A DNA stretch of 64,000 nt from Candidatus Levyibacteriota bacterium (GCA_963722305.1 CAVRKE010000001.1:309549-373548); one strand, 5' to 3'; positions 1 through 10,452 are shown, counted from the first letter of the stretch. Numbers and translations: made by a program. Notes: a model not told the origin generated them from the sequence alone.

Positions 1-202
1 TAAAGCCGGGTGGCTGGAGATGGGCGGCGCGGGCATGGTTCATCCGAATGTCTTAAAAGCTGGCGGCATTGACGCCAATAAATATAGCGGTTTTGCTTTT
101 GGTTGGGGAATTGAAAGAGTATTAATGATGCGCGAAGGATTAAAACTCGATGATATCCGAATTTTGTATTCGAACAATTTGGAGTTTTTAAAACAATTTT
201 AA
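1..202 (+). CDS. pheS: Phenylalanine--tRNA ligase alpha subunit, C-terminal fragment (5' end outside window)
   Basis: C-terminal motif ...[11 protein letters not shown]...[13 protein letters not shown]... is typical of the PheS class II core; the ORF is open to the window start and sits just upstream of pheT. Confidence 0.8.
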   Translation, partial: KAGWLEMGGAGMVHPNVLKAGGIDANKYSGFAFGWGIERVLMMREGLKLDDIRILYSNNLEFLKQF

Positions 203-211
203 TTTATGAAT

Positions 212-286
212 CCCGTTAGAAAAATATTGTTATATCAAAAGTTTGAATTTATAATTTCCATTTTTAGAAAGGAGAATTTTCTAACG
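212..286 (+). promoter_or_regulatory. 12-bp inverted repeat (cccgttagaaaa / ttttctaacggg) bracketing the pheS-pheT intergenic region and the pheT RBS
   Basis: Perfect 12-nt inverted arms at 212-223 and 275-286, which end 2 nt before the pheT ATG. Confidence 0.3.
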
Positions 287-288
287 GG

Positions 289-2235
289 ATGAATATTAAA
301 ATTTTAGACAGCTGGCTGAAGGAATATGTCAAAACTAAAGCCACTCCGCAAAAAATCGGAGAGCTACTTTCACTGTCCAGCGTTTCGGTCGAGAGAATTG
401 AACCTTACGGCAATGATTTCGTTTATGATATCGAAGTTACCACCAACCGACCGGACCTTATGAGTGTGATCGGAATTGCCAGGGAAACCGCCACCGTCTT
501 AAAACAAAACGGCATTGAGGCACAGTTCTTAGCGCCGAAATTTACCCAACCGCAAACACCAAAGAAAAGTCTAATTGAAATCAGGAACGATCCGAAGTTG
601 GTGAACCGGCTCTGTGCGGTGGTAATGGAGGTTGAAATTGGCGAAAGCCCGAAAGAAATTAAAACAAGATTGGAAGCTTCGGAAACCAGAAGTTTAAATA
701 ATTTAATTGACATTACCAATTATGTGATGAAAACCATTGGCCATCCGACTCATGTTTTTGATTTTGACAGACTAGCAACAACAGTGCTAACCATACGGGA
801 GGCAAAATTAGGCGAGGTTATTAAAACTTTGGATGAAAAAGAATACTCTTTAAACGGCGGCGAGATTGTGGCGGCTAACGACAAAAACGAAATCGTTGAC
901 CTGTTGGGAATTATGGGTTTGCAAAACAGCGTGGTGACCCAAAATTCCAAACGGATTTTATATTTTATCAATAATAACGAACCGACAAAAATCCGTAAAG
1001 CTTCGATGTCACTGGGAATTAGAACCGAAGCGGCCGTTGTCAACGAAAAAAATCTGGACCCAATACTGGCTTTTGACGCCCTTTTGTATGGGATTAAACT
1101 TTATCAACAATTTGCTAAGGGTAAAGTGCTTTCGGACATTATTGACCTTTATCCAAACAAAGTAAAAGAAAAAACTGTTGAAGTATCGCTGGAAAAAATA
1201 AATAAAGTGATTGGCGTTAAGATTGATCCGGAAAAAGCCGTGGAAGCACTTTCGGGCTTAGGATTTAAAACAAAACTGACAAACGGAAAAATACAAGCGA
1301 CAGTTCCGTCATTTAGAATCGGTGACGTTGAGATAGAAGAAGACTTAATTGAAGAAATTGCCCGAATTTACGGATACCATAATCTGCCAAGTGAGCTTTC
1401 TCCACAAACACAAATCATTCCGCACCGGTTTGCTAACGACTTTTATTGGGAAAAAAGACTAAAAGAAGCCATGAAATATTGGGGCTTTACTGAAGTTTAC
1501 ACTTATTCCATGGTCTCCGAAGGATTGTTTGAGGGTCCGCTTGAGGATGCGGTAGAAATAAAAAATCCTTTAACCCAAGATTTTGTCTACCTGCGAAAAA
1601 CCCTCGTTCCCAGTCTTCTAAAGGTTGTTTCGGAAAATAAAACTGACGAAGAAATAAAAATATTTGAAATCGCCAATATTTACAATAAGAAACAACACGC
1701 ACTCCCCGAAGAAGTTCTAACTTTTGCCGGAGTGATTAAGAAAAATAAAGTGTCTTTTTACGAAGTCAAGGGAATAATTGAACAGCTGTGTCTTGACTTA
1801 GGGATAAAACAGTTGGTTTTTAAACAATCGGAAAAATCGGGTAACGGAGCAGCCATTTTTCTGAATAAAGAATATTTAGGGGAAATTGAAGTTCTTGACG
1901 CCGACTTAATTGATTTTGAACTTAATTTTGCGCTCTTAACTTTGCATGCCACGCAAAAAAAGGTCTATAAACCATTGAATAGGTTTCCGCCGGTGGTTGA
2001 AGACTTATCAATCATTGCCGGCGCAGATGTAAAAACCGAAGATCTAATTAACGTTATTCAATCTCAAAGCAATTTAATTACTCAAGTTTCCTTAAAAGAT
2101 TCTTACCAAGACTCACGAACCTTTCATCTTAACTATCAAGATCCGGGAAAAAATTTAACCAACGAGGAAGTAAAGGAAATTAGAAAAAAAATCATTTCCT
2201 CCTTAAAACATAATTTAAACGCTTCTGTAAGATAA
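289..2235 (+). CDS. pheT: Phenylalanine--tRNA ligase beta subunit (short form, 648 aa)
   Basis: B3/4 and B5 domain-like sequence and a C-terminal anticodon-binding region; gene order pheS-pheT; RBS AAAGGAG upstream. Confidence 0.85.
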   Translation: MNIKILDSWLKEYVKTKATPQKIGELLSLSSVSVERIEPYGNDFVYDIEVTTNRPDLMSVIGIARETATVLKQNGIEAQFLAPKFTQPQTPKKSLIEIRNDPKLVNRLCAVVMEVEIGESPKEIKTRLEASETRSLNNLIDITNYVMKTIGHPTHVFDFDRLATTVLTIREAKLGEVIKTLDEKEYSLNGGEIVAANDKNEIVDLLGIMGLQNSVVTQNSKRILYFINNNEPTKIRKASMSLGIRTEAAVVNEKNLDPILAFDALLYGIKLYQQFAKGKVLSDIIDLYPNKVKEKTVEVSLEKINKVIGVKIDPEKAVEALSGLGFKTKLTNGKIQATVPSFRIGDVEIEEDLIEEIARIYGYHNLPSELSPQTQIIPHRFANDFYWEKRLKEAMKYWGFTEVYTYSMVSEGLFEGPLEDAVEIKNPLTQDFVYLRKTLVPSLLKVVSENKTDEEIKIFEIANIYNKKQHALPEEVLTFAGVIKKNKVSFYEVKGIIEQLCLDLGIKQLVFKQSEKSGNGAAIFLNKEYLGEIEVLDADLIDFELNFALLTLHATQKKVYKPLNRFPPVVEDLSIIAGADVKTEDLINVIQSQSNLITQVSLKDSYQDSRTFHLNYQDPGKNLTNEEVKEIRKKIISSLKHNLNASVR

Positions 2236-2240
2236 ACGGT

Positions 2241-4676
2241 TTATGGCGTAGGAGTTAGCGTCGGAGTAGGAGTATCTGTTGGCGTCACGCTAACGTTAGG
2301 AGTCGGTGTCGGCGTGTCTGAATTCTCCTGGTAGTCTGAAGTCTGGGTTGGCGGATAATATTCCGGATGGTCGGCCGCGTAAGTTTGTTTAATCCAGGCA
2401 TCAATTCCATCCTGCCAGCGGTTTTTACCGTCGGTGGAAATCGGATCGTCCTCTTTGAAAACAATGTAGTCTTTAGTGTCATAATCTCCGCTGTTAATTT
2501 CCGAAGCATCGGCTAATTTTCCCTGTTCGTGCTTGGAAAGTTTAATTGTTTGATAAATAAGTGATTGGGAGGTTGGTTGGGTGCCGTTAATAAAGTATTC
2601 GCTTCTGGTCGGCTGCCCCGGTCTTGGCAAACCCCCGCCCAGGGCATCAATTTGCATCGCAATTACGTCATCCGGTTTTTGCGGCGGCTCATCTTTTTTG
2701 CCTTTAATTTTTAAGACATAGCTCATGATTTTATTCCAAATCGGCGCGGCGCCGGTTATTCCCGATGCTACCTTGCTCATCGGCGTATTGTCGTTGTTGC
2801 CCACCCAAACTCCCACAACATAAGAAGGTGTATAACCAACCGTCCAGTTATCCCTGATGTCATTGGTGGTCCCGGTTTTGACGGAAACGCTGGGAAATCC
2901 GGGAATCACCAATTGTGAATAAAGGCCAAATTCCATTGACCTGGCAGTATTATCTAAAAGAATATGTGAGATTAAGAAACTTACTTCCGGAGAAAAAATT
3001 CTCTGCAGACTAGGGGGATTATATTTATACAAAACATTGCCCTTAGCGTCATCCACCTCGAGGATTGAGACCAACGGCATCTTTTCCCCAGCGTTGGCAA
3101 ACACCCCGTAAGCCTCCATCTCGTCAACCAAACGGACATCTCTTCCGCCCAAAACCAGCGAATAACCAACATCCGCCATATTGGCATCGGTCGGCTGCCA
3201 ATTATCAATTCCCATGTTATACGCATTCTGCATGACGTTCTTTATCCCCACCATGGCCAGCATTTTTACCGCCGGAATATTTAAGGAATTGGCTAAAGCA
3301 AACCTTACCTGCACCGGTCCTCGGAATTTTCCGTCATAGTTAACCGGAATATAATCTTTATCGCTGTCCTGAGCCTTGAAATTCGTCTGCGTATCCATTA
3401 AGAGAGTTGCCGCGGTGTAACCTCTGGAAAAAGCAGTGGCGTAAGTAATCGGCTTCAGTGACGAACCGGGTTGTCGGTAAGAAATCGCGGCATTAAAATT
3501 GCCGTCGTTTTTAGTATCGAAATAATCTTCAGACCCAACCATCGCCAAAATTTCGCCGGTTTTGGGAATGGTGACCATGGCCGCGCCATTTCCGACATCA
3601 AGACTTTTATCGCCGGCAATTTCTGTCTTAACAATTTGTTCGGCTTTACTTTCAATATTATAATCAAGTGTTGTTTTAACTCTTAAGCCGCCGCTTTCCA
3701 CCACTTGTTCTCCAAACTGATTAATTAATTGCTGTTTAACATACATGACGAAATGCGGAGCCTTAATGCCAATACTATTTTGGGCAAATTGCATTTTAGT
3801 TATTTCAGTCAAAGCACTGTCGGCTTGTTTTTGTGTAATATATCCGTCTCTAACCATTGATGCCAAAACCACCTGCGTCCTTTGGATATAATATTTATTG
3901 CCGCTAAACGGAGAATAAGTACTTGGGCTTTGGGGAAGACCGGATAAAAACGCGCATTGGGCCAAATCTAAAGTTTGGACATCTTTATTAAAATACAATT
4001 GGGCCGCCGCCTCAACCCCGATGGCGGTTCCGCCATACGGCACATCATTCAAATACATTTCCAGAATTTGGTCTTTGGTGTATTTTCGGTCAACCTGAAT
4101 CGAAAGCATCAGCTCTTTTATTTTTCGGGGAATTGTTTGCTCGGGCGACAAAAGCACATTTTTAACCAGCTGTTGAGTGAGAGTAGAACCGCCGGAAAGA
4201 CCCCTAAGCAACACAATATTCAGAGCTGCTCTTAAATAACCGGTTAGCGAAAATCCCTGATTGGTATAAAAATTCCGGTCTTCAACCGAAATTGTTCCCT
4301 GTTGGAGATATTTGGGAATTGTTTTTAGCTCCACGTAAGTCCGGTTTTGATTTTGGTAAACAGAGTAGAGAAGCGTACCGTTGCGGTCGTAAATTCCACT
4401 AGACTGGTTGGCCTGCGCGGCAATTAATTTTCCCGGGGTTGGCAAATCCCGTCCGTACCAGATAAATAAAACAACCATCAGAATGATTAAACCGATCAGG
4501 CCAAAAAAGGCGAACTTGGCCAGACGGCTGTATAAAACTATTCGCGGAGTAGTACTAATGCGGTTAAAGCTATTGAAATTTCTACCCAGTTGCCTGTTAA
4601 ATTTAAAACCGAAGCTGGGAAGACTCAGAATGAAGTACTTATTTCTTCTTCTAGATCTCCTCTGATAATCTAGCAT
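2241..4676 (-). CDS. Class A penicillin-binding protein (transglycosylase + transpeptidase), PBP1A-like, with a C-terminal Pro/Thr-rich tail
   Basis: N-terminal TM anchor; a GT51-like region (...RNFYTNQGFSL...TLTQQLVKN...); a transpeptidase region with a possible SxxK (SSLK) and KTGT motif; C-terminal TPTPTP repeats. Confidence 0.85.
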   Translation of the reverse strand: MLDYQRRSRRRNKYFILSLPSFGFKFNRQLGRNFNSFNRISTTPRIVLYSRLAKFAFFGLIGLIILMVVLFIWYGRDLPTPGKLIAAQANQSSGIYDRNGTLLYSVYQNQNRTYVELKTIPKYLQQGTISVEDRNFYTNQGFSLTGYLRAALNIVLLRGLSGGSTLTQQLVKNVLLSPEQTIPRKIKELMLSIQVDRKYTKDQILEMYLNDVPYGGTAIGVEAAAQLYFNKDVQTLDLAQCAFLSGLPQSPSTYSPFSGNKYYIQRTQVVLASMVRDGYITQKQADSALTEITKMQFAQNSIGIKAPHFVMYVKQQLINQFGEQVVESGGLRVKTTLDYNIESKAEQIVKTEIAGDKSLDVGNGAAMVTIPKTGEILAMVGSEDYFDTKNDGNFNAAISYRQPGSSLKPITYATAFSRGYTAATLLMDTQTNFKAQDSDKDYIPVNYDGKFRGPVQVRFALANSLNIPAVKMLAMVGIKNVMQNAYNMGIDNWQPTDANMADVGYSLVLGGRDVRLVDEMEAYGVFANAGEKMPLVSILEVDDAKGNVLYKYNPPSLQRIFSPEVSFLISHILLDNTARSMEFGLYSQLVIPGFPSVSVKTGTTNDIRDNWTVGYTPSYVVGVWVGNNDNTPMSKVASGITGAAPIWNKIMSYVLKIKGKKDEPPQKPDDVIAMQIDALGGGLPRPGQPTRSEYFINGTQPTSQSLIYQTIKLSKHEQGKLADASEINSGDYDTKDYIVFKEDDPISTDGKNRWQDGIDAWIKQTYAADHPEYYPPTQTSDYQENSDTPTPTPNVSVTPTDTPTPTLTPTP

Positions 4677-4729
4677 ATTCCTAAGTATAGCAAATTAAAG
4701 CCTTTGAACAAAATCTGGCTTGCGACCAG

Positions 4730-4744
4730 AAAATTTGCTATACT
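4730..4744 (+). promoter_or_regulatory. Extended -10 promoter (TTTGCTATACT) for tyrS; the mRNA is essentially leaderless
   Basis: TGcTATACT lies 6 nt upstream of the ATG at 4751. The same AATTTGCTATACTTA box precedes the PBP gene (minus, near 4683) and pilD (minus, near 18717). Confidence 0.45.
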
Positions 4745-4750
4745 GAGCCT

Positions 4751-5932
4751 ATGAACGATATTGACGAGCTGTTGACGCGAGGAGTCGCAAATATAATCCC
4801 AGGGAAGGATGAGCTTAGAAAACTTCTGGAATTAGGCAAAAAATTAAACGTTTATTTGGGCATTGACCCGACTTCGACCCACATTCATTTGGGTCACGCA
4901 GTGCCTTTACGAAAATTGCAAAAACTGGCCGAACTTGGCCATCATGTTACATTTTTGATTGGAGATTTCACTGCGCTGGTTGGTGACGCATCGGACAAAG
5001 ATTCCGAAAGACCGATTTTAACCTCAGATGAAATCGAAAAGAATTTTCAGACCTACAAAAAACAAGCGGAAAAATTAGTTGATTTTTCAAGAATTGTAAT
5101 CAGAAAAAACAGCGAATGGCTTTCAAAATTAGGCTACAAAGAAATTCTACAGCTGACACAAAAATTTTCCCTGAACGATTTTATCAGCCGTGAGCTAATT
5201 CGAAAAAGGCTTGATGAAGGGAAGAGAGTCAGACTTGACGAAACAAATTATCCGTTAATGCAGGGATACGACAGCTATTTTATGGACACCGATATTCAAG
5301 TTGGAGGAACAGATCAAACTTTTAACATGCAAGCAGGGCGCACGCTGCAGAAAGATTTAAGACAAAAAGAATCTTTTGTCTTAGCCACTGCCTTTTTGGA
5401 AGGAACCGACGGCCGCAAAATGAGTAAAAGTTGGGGAAATGCTATTTGGCTTGATGATGAACCCAATGATATGTACGCCAAAGTAATGGCGGTTGTAGAT
5501 GATTTAATTATTAATTACTTTACTCTTGCAACTAATTTGTCTTTGAAAGAAATAGGGGAGTATGAAAACAAATTAAAGTCCGGTGAAAATCCAATTAACA
5601 TTAAAAAAGAATTAGCACATCAGATTGTCAAGGAATTACATGATGAAAATGCCGCCGATACGGCCGAAAAAGAATTTGAAAAAACCGTTCAGAATAAAGA
5701 AATGCCTGACGAAATAGATCTATTTCCGGTTGGCGACTTTAATCAAACTATTTTCGAAGTCACTTCTGATTGGGCAGGCCTAAGCAATTCTGAACTTAAA
5801 AGATTAATTCAACAGCAAGGCGTAGAAGTAGATGGAAATAAAATTGATATGGAAAGTGCAAATAAAAAAGCGAAGACCGGAATGGTTATCAAAATTGGTC
5901 AAAGAAGAATTGTAAAAATATCATCAAAGTAA
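4751..5932 (+). CDS. tyrS: Tyrosine--tRNA ligase
   Basis: HIGH-type motif (THIHLGHAVPL), KMSKS motif present, C-terminal S4-like domain. Confidence 0.85.
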   Translation: MNDIDELLTRGVANIIPGKDELRKLLELGKKLNVYLGIDPTSTHIHLGHAVPLRKLQKLAELGHHVTFLIGDFTALVGDASDKDSERPILTSDEIEKNFQTYKKQAEKLVDFSRIVIRKNSEWLSKLGYKEILQLTQKFSLNDFISRELIRKRLDEGKRVRLDETNYPLMQGYDSYFMDTDIQVGGTDQTFNMQAGRTLQKDLRQKESFVLATAFLEGTDGRKMSKSWGNAIWLDDEPNDMYAKVMAVVDDLIINYFTLATNLSLKEIGEYENKLKSGENPINIKKELAHQIVKELHDENAADTAEKEFEKTVQNKEMPDEIDLFPVGDFNQTIFEVTSDWAGLSNSELKRLIQQQGVEVDGNKIDMESANKKAKTGMVIKIGQRRIVKISSK

Positions 5933-6059
5933 TAAAATAATACCTATGGAAATGTTTAGGAAGAAACAGTGGATTTGGAAAGTAATTGTCGCGATTGCAT
6001 CTGTTGCTTTAATCGCAACATCGGTTTTGGCCTTCCTTCCGCCACCATCAAAGTAAAAT

Positions 6060-8072
6060 ATGGATTTGCATTTACCGGTCAGCCAGTTTTCGAGAAGCTA
6101 TAAAATGTATGCTCGCCGTCTTGAAAAGCTTGGCATTTTAAGACTTGAAGATTTTTTATGGCATATTCCTTTTCGCTATGACGATTATTCTTTGGTTTCG
6201 GAAATTGGGCAGGTCCAGCCGGGCGAGACGGTCACAGTTAGGGGAAAAGTTGAAGAAATTAAAAACCAGTACACCAGGCGCTACAAAACACTGCAACGAG
6301 CCACTGTCAAAGACCAAACCGGCACCATCAACGTTTTGTGGTTTAACCAGCCCTTTCTGACTAAAGCCATTAGAAAAGGCGATTTACTCTCGCTCTCCGG
6401 AAAAGTCGGTCTTGAAAGAAATAAACTCGAACTGCAATCGCCGGACTATGAAGTTGTCTTTGAAAACCGGACAATTCACACCGGAAGATTAGTGCCGGTC
6501 TACCCGGAGACCAAAGGGATTTCTTCAAAATGGTTGAGGCGCCAGATTTTTAAGTTACTCGAAGCAAAAAACCAGATTAAAGAATATTTGCCCGAAAGCT
6601 TAATCAGGGAAAATGACTTAATGAAACTAAGTGACGCGATTGCCAAAATTCATTTTCCCGATAATTTAGCGCAGGCCCAAAAAGCCAAAGAAAGACTGGC
6701 GTTTGACGAACTGCTTGAAATCCAGCTGTCTTCACTTATCCGCAAAAAAGCTTGGGAAAAACATAGCCTTAAAACCCCCTGGAAAAAATTTGATGACAAA
6801 ATCCAACAGTTTATGCAAAAGCTCCCGTTTGCACTTACCGCTGCTCAATCACGGGCAATCGAAGAAATATTAAGCGATATTTCATCGCAAAAACCGATGA
6901 ACCGGCTCTTACAAGGCGAGGTTGGTAGTGGTAAAACCGTCGTCGGGGTGGTGACAATGTACGCCGCCTTTTTGAACGGCTTTCAATCCGCTTTTATGGC
7001 ACCGACAGAGATACTGGCCAAGCAACACTTTAAGACAATTTCTACCTTACTTAAACCTTTTGGAGTCAAAGTTGGCTTACAAACAGGCAACAATAAATTG
7101 ACCAAAAATGGAAAATTTGACGTCGTTGTCGGCACCCATGCTTTGGTTTATACAAAAGTTAAATTTGAAAAATTAGGTTTGGTAATTATTGACGAACAAC
7201 AAAGATTCGGGGTGGAGCAGAGGACCATTGTCCGGGAAAAAGGCGAGAACGTCCATCTTTTAACCATGACGGCAACACCAATCCCGAGAACTGTGGCCTT
7301 AACCATGTACGGCGATTTGGATTTATCAACCTTGAATCAAATGCCCAAAGGCCGCAAGGCGGTCAAGACCTGGCTGGTACCTCCGGAAAAAAGAAACGGC
7401 GCTTACAACTGGATTAAGCAACAAATTATTGAAAACAAAGACCAAGTATTTATCGTTTGTCCGTTTATCGAAGAGTCGGAAACTATGCTCACCGTCAAAG
7501 CTGCGACCAAGGAGTTTGAAAAGTTAAAAACAGAAGTTTTTCCGAACTTGCGACTTGGGCTTTTGCACGGGAAAATGAAAGCTGGAGAAAAAGATGACAT
7601 TTTAAAATCATTCCGTGACGGAAAAATTGACATTCTGGTTTCGACCCCGGTGGTTGAAGTCGGCATTGATATTCCTAACGCTACCATTATGCTAATTGAG
7701 GAAGCCGACCGCTTTGGGCTGGCACAACTTCACCAAATGCGTGGCCGTGTTGGCAGAGGTGACAAACAATCGTATTGTTTATTATTCACTTCGAGCAAAA
7801 ATGCAACCACCATTGAAAGATTAAAAGCCTTGGAAACAATGTATTCCGGCGCAGAATTGGCGGAACTGGATTTGAAACTGCGCGGCCCAGGACAAATTTA
7901 CGGCACCGCCCAACACGGAATTCCCGATTTAAAGGTTGCCAGCTTTTCCGATTTTGCCTTAATCGAGAAAACCAAGCAGGAAGCGGAAAAAATATTTCCT
8001 GAAATCGAAAAGTATCCAAATCTCAAAGAAAAAATTGACGAAATGAACCAAACACAGGTTTCTCCGGACTAA
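6060..8072 (+). CDS. recG: ATP-dependent DNA helicase RecG
   Basis: N-terminal wedge/OB region; Walker A GEVGSGKT; DEQQRFGV motif; helicase C-terminal motifs (QLHQMRGRVGRG). Confidence 0.85.
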   Translation: MDLHLPVSQFSRSYKMYARRLEKLGILRLEDFLWHIPFRYDDYSLVSEIGQVQPGETVTVRGKVEEIKNQYTRRYKTLQRATVKDQTGTINVLWFNQPFLTKAIRKGDLLSLSGKVGLERNKLELQSPDYEVVFENRTIHTGRLVPVYPETKGISSKWLRRQIFKLLEAKNQIKEYLPESLIRENDLMKLSDAIAKIHFPDNLAQAQKAKERLAFDELLEIQLSSLIRKKAWEKHSLKTPWKKFDDKIQQFMQKLPFALTAAQSRAIEEILSDISSQKPMNRLLQGEVGSGKTVVGVVTMYAAFLNGFQSAFMAPTEILAKQHFKTISTLLKPFGVKVGLQTGNNKLTKNGKFDVVVGTHALVYTKVKFEKLGLVIIDEQQRFGVEQRTIVREKGENVHLLTMTATPIPRTVALTMYGDLDLSTLNQMPKGRKAVKTWLVPPEKRNGAYNWIKQQIIENKDQVFIVCPFIEESETMLTVKAATKEFEKLKTEVFPNLRLGLLHGKMKAGEKDDILKSFRDGKIDILVSTPVVEVGIDIPNATIMLIEEADRFGLAQLHQMRGRVGRGDKQSYCLLFTSSKNATTIERLKALETMYSGAELAELDLKLRGPGQIYGTAQHGIPDLKVASFSDFALIEKTKQEAEKIFPEIEKYPNLKEKIDEMNQTQVSPD

Positions 8073-8075
8073 ATT

Positions 8076-8104
8076 ATTGACTTTCATTATCCTGCGACCT
8101 ATAA
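8076..8104 (+). promoter_or_regulatory. Sigma70-type promoter (TTGACT-17-TATAAT) for the 8115 ORF
   Basis: Consensus -35 and -10 with a 17-nt spacer, 10 nt upstream of the ATG. Confidence 0.45.
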
Positions 8105-8114
8105 TACATTCTCT

Positions 8115-8621
8115 ATGTCAGGTAATGAACAACGACCAGGAAGAAAGACTCTAGCTATAGATGCAGCAGCTGCGGCACAAGTGGCAGCTGCGGAAGCTTT
8201 ACCTCCGGTAAACCCCATTGTAGCAAAAGATTTTTTAGATTTGCTGATGACTGTCAGACAGCCTCTTAAACCCGACCGCGGATATCAATTCTTTTCCACT
8301 TCACAACTGGAAGCCAGAATTACAGAGGTTCTGAGCGCCGTAGGCGAAGCAGTGCCAGGAATTAACAGGCAAACTTTAGAGGCAATCTTAAGAAACGACC
8401 CTTGGAATTATCCTCGTTGGCCACAATCTCCAAGACGAAAGGGGGCTTTTGAAACCGACTGGACACGAGTTTTGGATTTTCCCCAGCTTGCAGCTCATTG
8501 GGAAAGCCCAGTCTACAACAGAGAAAGAACAATTGCTCAACAAGATTACGGGGTTGGAGTGCATGAATTACACTTCTTAAGATCTGTATACGAACAAATA
8601 CGCTTGCCTTCTAAAGATTAA
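8115..8621 (+). CDS. Hypothetical protein (168 aa), locally GC-rich
   Basis: Long ORF with a consensus promoter; Ala-rich N-terminus; no recognisable motif. Confidence 0.4.
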   Translation: MSGNEQRPGRKTLAIDAAAAAQVAAAEALPPVNPIVAKDFLDLLMTVRQPLKPDRGYQFFSTSQLEARITEVLSAVGEAVPGINRQTLEAILRNDPWNYPRWPQSPRRKGAFETDWTRVLDFPQLAAHWESPVYNRERTIAQQDYGVGVHELHFLRSVYEQIRLPSKD

Positions 8622-8670
8622 AACCTAATCCCCATTGCAAGCTAAATCAAAATAAAGTAAAATACAGTTT

Positions 8671-8919
8671 ATGCCGCAGGAACCAAAGAAACGACACAGT
8701 AGACAAAGACAAGGCAAAAGGAGAGCCGCAATTCACTTAGCGCTTTCTAAAACCGTTTTATGCCCAAATTGCCAGGCGCCGATTATACCGCATAAGATTT
8801 GTAAACACTGCGGATACTACAAGGGCAAGATGGTTTTGGACTTGACGAAGAAAAGTAAATTGAGTGAAACGAAATCCAGCTCTGCTGGAAAAACTGAGGA
8901 AGAGAAAAAAACCGAGTAA
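8671..8919 (+). CDS. rpmF: 50S ribosomal protein L32 with a Lys/Glu-rich C-terminal extension
   Basis: N-terminal ...KKRHSRQRQGKRRA... followed by a CPNC...CKHCGYYKG zinc-ribbon-like motif typical of L32. Confidence 0.7.
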   Translation: MPQEPKKRHSRQRQGKRRAAIHLALSKTVLCPNCQAPIIPHKICKHCGYYKGKMVLDLTKKSKLSETKSSSAGKTEEEKKTE

Positions 8920-8922
8920 GCG

Positions 8923-9270
8923 ATGAAAAACCCTCTTGATCCACGTCATAAAAAACGACAAAAAGCTGTCGAAGATCTTTTTAAGATTGACTTTAAAAGA
9001 CAAACCGTCGGTGATTACGCTAAAGCCGTCTTCTTGAAAAAAGATTTTCTTGACCAGGCAATCAGTAAAGCCGCCCCCGAGTATCCGATTGCAAAAATCA
9101 ACCGGGTCGACTTGGCAATCTTGAGACTAGCGGTTTACGAGTTACTGGTTGAAAAAAAGGAGCCGCAAAAGGTTATAATAGATGAGGCAGTTGAACTGGC
9201 CAAAGAATACGGAGGAGAAGGTAGCCCGGCGTTTGTTAACGGCGCTTTGGGAAAATTAATTGAAAAATGA
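8923..9270 (+). CDS. nusB: Transcription antitermination factor NusB-like
   Basis: About 115 aa; the N-terminal RHKKRQKAVEDLF and the overall helical pattern resemble the NusB family; 3 nt after rpmF, with a 4-nt overlap with rnc. Confidence 0.55.
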   Translation: MKNPLDPRHKKRQKAVEDLFKIDFKRQTVGDYAKAVFLKKDFLDQAISKAAPEYPIAKINRVDLAILRLAVYELLVEKKEPQKVIIDEAVELAKEYGGEGSPAFVNGALGKLIEK

Positions 9271-9956
9271 TACAGTTACCAAAATTTAAAAATAAATTAT
9301 TATTTGAACAGGCATTTACCCACAGAAGCTATTTAAACGAAACCAAGGAACAGCTTTCCTCTAATGAGCGCCTGGAATTTTTAGGAGACAGCATCGTTTC
9401 TTTTGTCGTTTCGCAGTATCTGTATCGAAGATTCCCCCAGTTTGAGGAGGGCTCGCTCACTAATATCCGCTCCCTGATGGTCAACACCAAAAGTCTGGCC
9501 GGAATTGCTCGGGAACTAAACTTCGGCAGCTACTTAAAGCTCTCCAAAGGAGAAGAGGAATCTAAAGGTCGGCAAAACCAAAGTTTGCTGGCAGATTGTT
9601 TTGAGGGTTTTATCGGTGCTTTATTTTTAGACCAGGGGATCGAAGCCGTGGCTAATTTTTTGGGTTTAGTACTGCTGCCTAAAGCCGAAGACATTATCCA
9701 AAATAAATCTTTCAAAGACCCCAAAAGCTTATTGCAGGAACTGGTGCAGTCAAGGAGACAAAACTCTCCCATGTATAAAGTGTTAAGCGAATTCGGTCCT
9801 GCCCACGCAAAAAAATTCCGAATTGGTGCATACGTTGACGGAAAAATGGTAAGTCAGGGGGAAGGAAAGTCAAAACGGGATGCCGAAGAAGACGCCGCAC
9901 AAAAAGCTTTGGACTTTTATAAGGGCGTCAGAACCCTTGAGAAGAAGCCAAAATAA
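9267..9956 (+). CDS. rnc: Ribonuclease III
   Basis: RNase III signature ERLEFLGDS; a C-terminal dsRBD-like segment (...GEGKSKRDAEEDAAQKALD...). Confidence 0.85.
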   Translation: MIQLPKFKNKLLFEQAFTHRSYLNETKEQLSSNERLEFLGDSIVSFVVSQYLYRRFPQFEEGSLTNIRSLMVNTKSLAGIARELNFGSYLKLSKGEEESKGRQNQSLLADCFEGFIGALFLDQGIEAVANFLGLVLLPKAEDIIQNKSFKDPKSLLQELVQSRRQNSPMYKVLSEFGPAHAKKFRIGAYVDGKMVSQGEGKSKRDAEEDAAQKALDFYKGVRTLEKKPK

Positions 9957-9972
9957 TGTTAAAATACAGCTT

Positions 9973-10194
9973 ATGTCATTAGTAATCAGATCATCCAGAG
10001 TCGGTAAAAAAGGCGAAAGAAAATTTCGTATTGTGGTCAAAGAAAAACGCTCCCGAAGAGATGGTGATTCCATCGAGGTTTTAGGTTGGTACGAAAAAGG
10101 GGAAAACGGCCTTAAAAAAATTGATAAAAGCCGATACGATTATTGGCTTTCGCAGGGAGCAAAACCGACTCCGGCAGTTGAGAAACTGGTGTAA
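9973..10194 (+). CDS. rpsP: 30S ribosomal protein S16
   Basis: MSLVIRSSRVGKKGERKFRIVV...; start taken as the internal ATG at 9973, because the longer ORF from 9880 overlaps rnc. Confidence 0.8.
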   Translation: MSLVIRSSRVGKKGERKFRIVVKEKRSRRDGDSIEVLGWYEKGENGLKKIDKSRYDYWLSQGAKPTPAVEKLV

Positions 10195-10197
10195 CTT

Positions 10198-10443
10198 ATG
10201 AAAGACGCTCTTTTAGACATTGTTTCAGCCATTGTGGAAAAACCCGATGAGGTAAAGATAAACGAGGAGACCCAGGAAGACGGAACCATCAATTACGTCG
10301 TGACGGTTGCCAAAGAGGACATGGGCAGGGTAATTGGTAAAAACGGTAAAGTCATCAGAGCGATTAGAACGGTGATGAAAATCCCCGCCATTAAAAGCAA
10401 CACCAGAGTTTTTGTGACGCTTTCGGAAATACCGCAAGAATAA
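10198..10443 (+). CDS. KH-domain RNA-binding protein (YlqC/UPF0109-like)
   Basis: VIGKNGKVIRAIR motif (GxxG KH loop); conserved position between rpsP and trmD. Confidence 0.7.
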   Translation: MKDALLDIVSAIVEKPDEVKINEETQEDGTINYVVTVAKEDMGRVIGKNGKVIRAIRTVMKIPAIKSNTRVFVTLSEIPQE

Positions 10444-10452
10444 ACAGGTATC

